A stretch of DNA of 63,742 nucleotides, counting the filler, from Sphaeroforma arctica JP610 (taxonomy: Eukaryota): the NCBI RefSeq assembly GCF_001186125.1. It is 5 parts of 2 records of this genome, joined end to end, with 100 filler letters (N's around TTAATTAATTAA, not from the genome) between each part and the next. Parts side by side here need not be neighbours in the genome. Positions count along the whole stretch, not along the records: positions 54,293 to 62,454 come from NW_014040526.1; positions 62,555 to 63,742 come from NW_014040523.1; 3 more parts are not named here. One strand, given 5' to 3'. This document shows positions 54,346 to 63,742 of the stretch, in pieces. The translations under genes were made by a program, and so were the position numbers. The notes under the pieces were generated by a model that saw only the letters and a list, made by a program, of their open reading frames with translations, was not told where the DNA came from and ran no database searches. The stretch's first letter is position 1; the number at the start of each line of letters is the position of its first letter.

Positions 54346-54582
54346 ATAAATATTGTTTATGTATACATGTATATACACGAACCAATTTTTTCACTGCTGT
54401 ATCAGCTTAAACAGCCCAGAGCATTGTACATTTAAATTTACAAGATTACGTAAACATATACGCATACAATCATGTGTCATGCGCAATGATTGACTCAGAT
54501 CAGTTTCCATAGCAGTATAGCGGCATATTTGCACAAATCGAATTGCAGTTGACTCACTTCCAATTTTTGATATATATTTTAG

Positions 54583-54694
54583 GTTTTTCAAAGATCCATC
54601 CAACAACAGTTTAGAGTTCAAAGCTATGATTAACAAGGAAAACTTGTTCGCAAAGTACGATCAGGATGGTTATTCCACCCACATATCACAATGA
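54583..54694 (+). CDS. Terminal exon of a VOC/glyoxalase-like protein (COG3565-like); upstream exons missing
   Basis: After a tttag acceptor: FFKDPSNNSLEFKAMINKENLFAKYDQDGYSTHISQ*, matching the C-terminal motif TMFFxDPSGNxLEFKA...LFA of this family. Too short to appear in the ORF track. Confidence 0.75.
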
Positions 54695-55899
54695 GGCAAT
54701 AGAATGGACTGGTGATAAGTGTGGACACCCTCCCTGAACGAACTCAAAAAAAAATTTATCACAAGAGAGCCGAGGACTTGAAATATAGAAACAGTACAGT
54801 AAAAGTATTGTTGGCCCTTGTATATGCCGAAACTAATAGATCTCTATTTCCATTGCTATCTGTTGCCCGGGTTTCATCAATTAGTTTCGCTTCTGTCAAG
54901 CTGGTGTCCACGATATAGCAGGATTCCGTACAGACCTATTGGCTTAGTGAATAAAGCTGGGTCCATACACATGCAAAAAAACGGTCTGGGATTCTCTCCT
55001 TTACGTGTGCTTTGATTGCATGTGCGACCGGAGATCAAAACACATATAGCTCAAACTCGCATCGATTGCTTTAGATTCAAATTTTCTTGTCTCCACGTGA
55101 TACAAATTCCAGATTGTCAGTGCTATTCCTTGCACAGGCGCTAAACTGGCATACGAATAGTGCTTGTGCCCTTTCTGATCCCTGATAAGTGTCACACCGG
55201 ATTAAACAACTTTGCGATGAAAACTGCTTACCACATACACCAAGTTTCTTTTCCTGTCCTAACAAACACCTTAAAGCTGCTGAACCTCGGCCATGGTAGG
55301 GTTTCAATTCGTAGACGGCTGGTTCAGCTTAGAAATAAACACGCAAAGCGCAACGAGTACAGATACTCCAGGATTGCTTATATTTGAGTCTGTACGTCTC
55401 GGATTCCCATTTTTATTGTCAGAGAAGTGTTATCAGGGATCAAGAAGCTGGTTCAGCTCACTTCTCGAGCCAAAAGCTAAATGAGCAAGCGTGACGGTGA
55501 CCACTTTCGCTCGACGCGTACAAACGGATACGAACTCATACTAGAACTTAACAATGTACACTGCAAGAAGATGGGTTCAGGTGCAGGGACAACAGTGACA
55601 GTCCATTCGGTAGCTACAGCTCCCGGTGCTGGAACGCCACGGTCTTGGTAGGAACCAAAAAAAAAGAAAGAGTATACCATCGGCATACAAATACACAAGA
55701 TCAGCTGATAAAGACACAAAGGTGAAATGAGATACAATGAACCGTGCCATGGACCCCTTAAAATCCGATGGACAAATGACATCCCTACTTTGCCAATAAC
55801 TGCGGAAGTATATAATCAATTTATGGTTTCATACGGCATAGATGAGTAAGATGGATTTATAGGATTAGATGCCCAGATTGAAGCACGAACATCATTTAA

Positions 55900-58225
55900 C
55901 TACGCCTCTACCTCCATTGCAGTGGGCATATCGTCGTCGAAGTGCTGCACAGACGTGGTCAAGACAGCTGGAATAGATAGAAGAATGAAGCAGGTCAAAA
56001 TCATTATTAGACATTAAAAAATACAAATCCTGTATATACGTCGAGAGCTATCGGGTATACAATAGCACACTATAAGAAGATCGTTGAAGAAAACACGGAC
56101 ACTGTATACAGTGCACAAGCAAACTAGATAAATGAAATATGTGTGTGACAAGTCACCTACTTACCTGTTGTGCCTCTTTTGTACTTGTACGACTTCTCCG
56201 CACGTTCGTTTTTTCTCACTGGTTCTTCGTAAGTCCTCAAGTAGTCAACATTGTCTTTCGTGATGACACAGAGATCGACATTCGAACCAGATCCCAGATC
56301 ATTGAATATACCCGCAGCGATAGCGTCGCGTACCAATTTTTTAGCATCTTCAAGCTCCATATCTGGCTTGAAGCCAGCCTCGAATACTCCCATAGCAGCC
56401 AGCGATCCACTACCCATTGTCACATATGGCAGCTTGTCAGTACTGTATACAAACGGAACAGAAAACACGTTATTGAATCGATCGCACACGACTCATCCAC
56501 GAAAAGAAATGCAAAGCAACCAAGTATGACCACACGAACCTTCCGCCTACAAGGGGTGCTACAGAGAGCTATATTTTTGTTATGTTATATCAACTAAATA
56601 GATCTACACTCGACTGCATACCTTCCGTGAGGATGAATACTGTAAAGTACGGGTCCGTCTAGATCCACTCCGCCTAGTACAAGAGCCGCACTCACATGTC
56701 CTTGGTACCTTTGAAGATAAAGAGAACAGCGGTATCAGCAGCAGCGGAGCAGGCCGAACGCGAATTATAGCATGCTTAGTTGTGCACAAGCGACCAATAT
56801 TCACAAAGACTATTCCACAGTGATCTGCTCCCACGAGCATCACGCAAACCAAAAACAAACCAGAAATATTTTCGATGACGAATCAGATATGACTAATCTG
56901 CACGTATAATACCTACATAGTCTAAGTTTAGATATAAGATTCCCTGCATCCAATACAGAGCGTAAATTTGATTACATGTAAACCTACGTACCTGAAAAGC
57001 ATAGTCTTCAACAGTTTACAGGCGGTTCTCACCCGGCTTTGGCGTCCGGTGGATAAACGGTGCAGTTCAAGTTGACTCGAGATGAGGTTGGTTGTGTTTT
57101 CGGTATCAGCAGCAGTACCAGCGCCACAACAGTAGATATTTGGGGCTATGTAGTGAATCTTCTCACAGTTCTTGTCAGCAACTGTAGACCCGTCTGTCGC
57201 TCGCGTATCTGCCCCCAAGACGACACCATCTTTATATATAAGTCCCACAATGGTAGTACCTGACGTTGTTCAAGATACGAACCACATGGGATATTCGTAA
57301 GCAGTATCGTGTTAGCGAATGAATATGTGGGTCACGACAAAGTATATCATACAAACTTATAGTTAGCCTGTACGGAAGATATACAATGGAGTGCTTTCTA
57401 AGGAACAAAAATAAACTGCTACGCTAAAAGAACAAGGATATCAAACGGCTGATTCTGACTATGAAATAAGCCCAATGAGGACAGAGAGACAAAAGAGTCT
57501 CCGATTCTAAGCGTCACTTTGGCCTTAATAGCCTCAATGAAAATGAACGAAAAAGAGATGTAAAATGATATATCTAGACATCAGAGGTTGGCTACAAACA
57601 ATCTGTGTAAACCTAGATGATATCCTTGAAAATGTGCCGTGGAATGAAAGTGTACCTTAATAGATAACAATAGAGATCATGTCTGGATTGTAATACTGAT
57701 TTGTATCCGCTTCTTGCCTTTAGTATGAAGTTGGTATATTTTGGCGTAGGGCTAAGAAAAATATCGTACGGCCGCCCCAAAGGTAGTAGTGTATCTTCAG
57801 GAAGAAAGGGTGTCAAGAGATTATATAGACAACTACACGTACTCATCCACGGGCCGTTGAAACATATTCATGTATAGGAACCAACGGCTAACGCAAAGGA
57901 ATGCTTGAGTAAGGTTCAAGAATCTGAGACTATTCAGTAAAATCATCGAACCCCAAATCGAGCAATATTCTTAGTCATACATGGACATCTAGCAATAAGA
58001 CAGAATAGACTTCCAAAAACAAGCCGATGGAGTTCTAGATGACCTTTTCGGTTAAGCTACACATCAACCAGGACAGTGCTGTGACAATGCTATCAAGATG
58101 AAATGAGTACCTGTCTTGACAGCCGTGGGCATCTTCAGGCCAAAGGATTCTAGGGCAGCATTTCGTTCAACGTTATCGAACGAAAATCCACCTGCAGCAG
58201 GCTCTACTACGTTGTGCATTGACAT
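55900..58225 (-). CDS. PSMB7: 20S proteasome subunit beta-2 (trypsin-like; Pup1), 5 exons
   Basis: Propeptide [17 protein letters not shown] followed by [21 protein letters not shown] (catalytic Thr1), [59 protein letters not shown] and [17 protein letters not shown]. Confidence 0.97.
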
Positions 58226-58601
58226 GGTGACTATGGTATATACAAAGTTGTACAGCTAGCTAGGTAGTAGTGGCTGTCTGTCAACGATTGTGTTGAAAGT
58301 GTACGAATACGAATCTTGTTGACATACACAATCATAAACAGTCACTTTGTGTCGGAGAAGAGACAGGGTAAATATTCTCATGTTCGGTACTTATGGTTCC
58401 CCGCAAAAAAATATTTATAAAAAAATGATTTTGGGTCTGTTTTTATTTAAAATTCGGCCCTCTCCTCTATAAAAGGTAAGTATATCAACCCAAACCAGCA
58501 TCATTCAACTATCTCTTGTCGTTACAAAACCAAATATCACTGAAACAATACGGCGAAGGATAGAACGATAAATAAAGAACTACACCCACATCCTGAGTGC
58601 A

Positions 58602-60339
58602 ATGGCGGCTTCAAAAGAGGGACTTATCGCCGTAATCGGAAATGAGGTATTGTATATATGTATATATATATCCGTATATATCGATGATATGGTACGGGAG
58701 GTAGAACAAGAGAAATCGCTGGGTATCTTGGTCAGCTAGTAGTCTATATAAGCGCAACTGTGCCCTTTTAACAGCATTACAGAAGTAGCTTGAATCTACG
58801 AATCGTACGTACATCGATTACACCTCCTTTTTTTGGTCACCAATAAATAGAATGACACCTTCACTTTTGCGTCCGTGATGATGCTAGGCTGTGGCCGCAA
58901 CAAAACATCTTCGCGTTGCCTTCTGTTGTATATCACCTCTCCTTGATAATTTTTTAATTGAAAGCATCCATGATAACACTGAACACGGTCTATTCGACCA
59001 TGACCCTTTGCGCTCCTGTTCTAAATAGGATACAGTAACTGGATTCTTGCTTGCTGGTGTAGGAGATGTGGACGCAAAGAAACGTTCTAACTTTTTGGTG
59101 GTGAAAAATGGTGAGTTAGTTCACGTACGTTTTTTGAACCGTGAGCGATTGTAGAGATCCATGTACCGATTCACTCTGTAAAGGTGGATCAAGTTATCTT
59201 GACAGTTTTCTACACGAATACGCGCAGTATCTTTATCTCACGAATATGCACAGAGTCTATCCGCGATAAGCTAATTTCTTCCATGTAAGAGTCAGCTTCA
59301 ATTACGGCCGACAGCGAAGTCATGAAGCACAGCTAACGAGTTCGTTTGTATCTCTTTCCTATAGACACCACTGCGCAAGAGATCGAGGAGGCTTTCCGAA
59401 GCTTTACTCAGAGACCCGATATATCAGTCATTCTGATAAACCAAAATATAGCGACAGAAATTAGATACGCAATTGATCGTTATAATCAGCCCGTACCTGC
59501 AGTACTCGAAATCCCCTCAAAAGATACACCTTACGATCCATCCAAGGACTCTATTCTGGCTAGAGCTAAGGTGATTATTATTTGCTTCTATGTGCCCGAA
59601 ATTTTTTCAGCCGAGAAAAACATCATACATGTCGCATACGCAATATCGTCCACGGGGCTTACACTTCCTTACGATTGCTTTCCGACACAAGTAAATATGC
59701 TCATAATTGATATGTATTTGTATGTGTTCTCATGAATGAATATATATATGTGTGTGTATATATGTATATATATATATATGTGTATATATGTATATATGTA
59801 TATATGTATATATATATATATATATATGTAACTATAATTATAATTANNNNNNNNNNNNNNNNNNNNATGTATAGGTATAGGTATGTGTGTGTGCGTGTGC
59901 GTGCGTGCGCGTGTGCATAGGTGTATATACATATATATATATATATTTGTATGTATGTATGTATATGTGTGTGTTTGTTGTATATGTATATATCTGTCCG
60001 TCTGTCAGTCGTTCTGTCTGTGTATGTACGTGCATACCTACGTACGTATTTATGTATATATATGTATGTATGTATAAGTGTGTGTATGTATGTATATGTA
60101 TATATGTATGAATAGGTATACACATGTACCCTTCAAGAAAATTTGTCACTATCAAGTAGTATGATTTTTTTTTGGTTTTTTTGCGTGACGTTAGAAAATC
60201 TTTGAATCTGTACCCCACTTCAGAGTGACTATATTATGTGTCGGACCATGTGTATCGGAGAACCTCTCGACCAATGGGTTTTACTGACCGGTTTCTTCTT
60301 CAATCCTATCTTGAACAGGGCATGTTCTCTGGGGAGTGA
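58602..60339 (+). CDS. ATP6V1F: V-type proton ATPase subunit F (Vma7), 4 exons
   Basis: [15 protein letters not shown] | [20 protein letters not shown] | [59 protein letters not shown] | GMFSGE*. Confidence 0.97.
59730..60122. repeat. AT/GT microsatellite block in the last ATP6V1F intron
   Basis: Simple repeats with a small N gap. Confidence 0.9.
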
Positions 60340-61430
60340 ATGTCGACGACGAAAATGGTTGACAACTATGTAATAAAGTGATAGGTTCATATAGTATTCT
60401 TAAGCTGCACTCAGCATTTAGAGGAGCAATTCTCGTTTCTATTAAGTTCAATTCGTCTTAATTTTTGTGGAGGGTTCATGTAAGTGTTTGTATCAATAAG
60501 CAATCCCCGGCAACCCAATAGCCTATCATGCTTGGTAGATCGCTATTCCAGGATTAGTATTAAAAAAGCAGTGCCTGGCTGGCGTATACTTTAAATTAGT
60601 AGTTTGATTTTTCTATGGGCATAAACGTGGAATCGATGGTTGGTCTAATTCGTCTGGATAAGTTGCAGAGGGTACATATCAAGTATTAGGTATCAATAAT
60701 CACTTTTCAGCCTACCAGGTATCTTCACGTTCCTGGCAAATCACTATTCCAAGAATGGCACCAAGGATTAACTGTGCTTGTCTTACATGCACTTTGAATT
60801 AGTCTATTGATATCTCTTATATGCGTCTGAGAAAGAGATCAATTCTTTATCTTATTGCCTTGTCAGAGAGATCACATGCTAAGTACAGTATACGGTATCC
60901 GTATTCAATTTTCAGCCAGTCTTTAATTATGGCGTGCGTGGCAAATCGCTCTGTATTGTCTATGCTCCACTTGCGTGTACTTTGAATCAGTATGTTTATT
61001 TTTCGAGATATTGCGGGGTTTCCGAGGTTTGAAGGTGGTTTTCTATCCAACACGATGATGCCTCGTCCGTGGGGTCGTACAGTGTAGTGATGTCCATCAC
61101 TTCATTTGAACTGCGCCGCAGATGTGCTATAGCAGTACTAATGGCATGTTGCGAGTCGGTGATCCATACGAAGCATGCTCCCGTGCCACGCAGGTCACCT
61201 GCTCTCGCTTGTGTCTATTCGGTTTACTTCTCGATGGGAACTGCTCCTTGAAAATTTACAGCAAGGTGTGCTGTTGGTATATCAATGAGCTTGAGGAGAG
61301 CAGTTCAAAAGTAGACGGCCCGTTTGCATATAGCGCAGTGTAAGCAGACTTGCGGTCAATGCTTTCGCGACACAAGCAAGAGGACACCGTGGTGCAAAGC
61401 ATTAGGTAAATATTGGAGCCAGCGGCTAAC

Positions 61431-62246
61431 TTATTCCCAATCCAAATCGCTGTCGTTGCCTGTCTCCTCCATTTGCTCATCCTGAGCGCCCGAGCCTTCA
61501 GCAATTGGAGTCTTGTCTAGTGCACCCACACTTTTCAAGACCCGTTCAATCACGCCTGTGTGTATATTGGCAGTCCCGCCAAATGCATCATAACCTTTGA
61601 ACTGTAGTACGAATACAATAGAGGGTATATGGGTGAGGTCATATACAAAAAAATGATTAGGCATATTTACTGGCGAGCTACTACGCGCCTACTGCAGCAA
61701 CGCGAGCCCCTTTACAAGGTTTGATTCTCAACAAATAACGGACTATAGTTTCATAAATTGAATTGAAGATCTGACAAACCTTGTTTTTGGTTGATCCCTC
61801 CTCAATAGTAACCATGGTGGGCAAAACGAATATGTCTAACCTATCCACCAAGAATGGAGTTTTGGCTACATCGATTGTTAAAAATTTGGTCTCCATGTGA
61901 CTCTCCGCTAAGCGCCTCGTGTGCTGTACCATTGAATCGCAAACGGCGGAACCAGTACGATAAAACAAAGCGACCAGTCGGCGGCTTGATTTAGCAGCCT
62001 CGAAAAATTCGCGCTCTGGATCGGTACAAGGGACAGTCGGAAATGGCATCAGAATGTATATTGAATTCTTGTGATTAGAAAAGGTCTCCTTGTGCATTTC
62101 ACATACAATGCATCCCTTAAAATAATTTGACAAGTTATAATTTGACAAGACAGATATTGATGAAAATTAGTCAAGATATTTGTGTCTCCGCGACGATAAA
62201 CTTACCATCTGTGATCTCCTGGACACTTCCATGACCATTCCGGACC
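61431..62246 (-). CDS. TXNDC9: Phosducin-like thioredoxin-domain protein TXNDC9/PhLP3, last three exons; 5' end missing
   Basis: NGHGSVQEITD | EREFFEAAKSSRRLVALFYR..C....HMETKFLTIDVAKTPFLVDRLDIFVLPTMVTIEEG | FKGYDAFGG...DSDLDWE*. Confidence 0.88.
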
Positions 62247-62675
62247 CTGTTAAAAATTTGAAACAAGCGTGCCATGAAGAACGAGTTCGAAATATTATAA
62301 ATTTTTACTTCAATAATTTACTTTGCGTGGCTAAACATTCACAAAGACAAAAAGACAAAAAAATAGTGCTCGTAGGCGTATATACATCTATGCAAACATG
62401 TGATTGATACACACACACGCACACGCACCGTCGCATCAACAAACACATACATACNNNNNNNNNNNNNNNNNNNNNNNNNNNNNNNNNNNNNNNNNNNNTT
62501 AATTAATTAANNNNNNNNNNNNNNNNNNNNNNNNNNNNNNNNNNNNNNNNNNNNCGTACATATATATATATATACATAAATAATATATACAATCCTGCAC
62601 TTTGTTTTTACTATTTAAGACCGGAAAGCATCATATGATGGGCACCGCAGTGTTCTTCTTCTTTCATGCGCTCAC

Positions 62676-62859
62676 CTGTAACTGGACCTAACGCATAGCA
62701 CAGTGCGGCTTCGGCACCGACAGACATTGAAAGGGACGTCTCATAGCGATTAATCTGTACCACGTCATCCGATTGCCCTAGTCCAGGCCCTCCCGCCGAT
62801 TCATACGAAGGCTCACCTACGTTTATGGGTGTATAAGAACTGCTTGAACTGGAAGCCAT
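62676..62859 (-). CDS. Exon 1 of a small DUF4870/UPF0132-like membrane protein; remainder missing
   Basis: INRYETSLSMSVGAEAALCYALGPVTG followed by a GTGAG donor; resembles the YETSL...EAALAY.LGP..G start of fungal/amoebal members of this family (from memory). Confidence 0.6.
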
Positions 62860-63381
62860 GTTGTATGTTGATTAGCAAACCTCACGGATGTATAGTATCA
62901 CCTTTTCTGAATGTATTGTGTGTGTATTTCGTGAATAATCAGTTCGAGAGTTGCACTATGTTAATTAAAAAAAAACTAGAGTCTCTATTCTCGTATTCTA
63001 CTCTAGTAGCATGAAAGCTCGACTTCTTCCGTGTAGGCGCCTTTTTACGTATGAAGAAAAATTTAAAAAAAAGTATGACTCATATGTTTATGTCTATAAA
63101 TAGATATATTTTTGCCGATTGCCACTTTTGCCATGGAACAAGCAAGAGAGAGAAGAGTCGAGTGGATGAAGGAAGTATGAACGGTAAAATATCTTCAGAT
63201 ACATCTATCTGACGATCTGCACAGATTTCTTTTTAACTACACTACCAAAACAGACATCGTCCAACTTAACTGTTATTTTTTTATTGAAATATTCTTAATA
63301 CATATGCTCTAACCACGCATACAATATCACATCCGACATTCACTTTTACAATAAAGTAGCTGTTTCACGTTACACGTCAAA

Positions 63382-63543
63382 ATGCAAGCCCAACAAGGGC
63401 TAAGACTATGGTGTCTGCTACTGGTACTGGTGGGCCTAGTATACAGTGAGCCTTTTGCTACGAATGATGCTGGAATGGATTTCCTATCACTGAATGCTGA
63501 ACAGCCGGGAGTCGTAGTGATGAGCTCAGGGATACAGTATAAG
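63382..63543 (+). CDS. Exon 1 of a secreted Mip/FkpA-type FKBP peptidyl-prolyl isomerase; continues beyond the window
   Basis: Signal peptide LRLWCLLLVLVGLVYS, then NDAGMDFLSLNAEQPGVVVMSSGIQYK (FKBP_N signature G..FL..N....GV....SGLQYK), then a GT donor. Confidence 0.75.
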
Positions 63544-63704
63544 GTGAAATACTATACGACAACGCACAGCAATTTAAGATATGATTTTTTGTTGCACACC
63601 TGGTTAATGATATGTGCAGATATACATACATAATGACACTATCTGTATTTTATATGAGGGTAATTATACACGAACACACAAACAAACAAACAGACACACA
63701 CACA

Positions 63705-63742
<38 letters not shown>

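Noticed and set aside
54700..55860. Short ORFs between the VOC exon and the PSMB7 3' end, and similarly at 60850-61400
   Set aside because: No recognisable motif or consistent exon chain; I cannot support a gene call.

Overview
Gene-dense, intron-rich eukaryotic genomic DNA with GT-AG introns, many filled with AT/GT/CA microsatellites. The proteins look opisthokont-like; a unicellular holozoan such as an ichthyosporean is my guess, not something the sequence proves. Genes recognised by splicing exons by hand: NOB1, RAD23, COG8, mitochondrial malonyl-CoA:ACP transacylase, CtIP/Sae2, an orphan BED-like zinc-finger ORF, a ~1100-aa WD40-like orphan, an RS-rich nine-CCHC-knuckle RNA-binding protein, mS35, DCAF13/SOF1, a plant-type phospholipid N-methyltransferase, the last exon of a COG3565-like VOC/glyoxalase protein, PSMB7, V-ATPase subunit F, the 3' part of TXNDC9, exon 1 of a DUF4870-like membrane protein and exon 1 of a secreted Mip-type FKBP. 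Most genes sit in head-to-head pairs. The most striking non-coding signal is a 149-bp near-perfect inverted repeat (29359-29507 / 29794-29942) that encloses the putative start-codon exon of the WD40-like gene. Also present are a ~64-bp tandem array upstream of the RAD23 coding sequence, a Tc1/pogo-like MITE, and four artificial 100-bp contig linkers (N44-TTAATTAATTAA-N44), two of which appear to hide missing gene parts. All identifications are from remembered motifs; no database search was run. No rRNA, tRNA or CRISPR array was seen.
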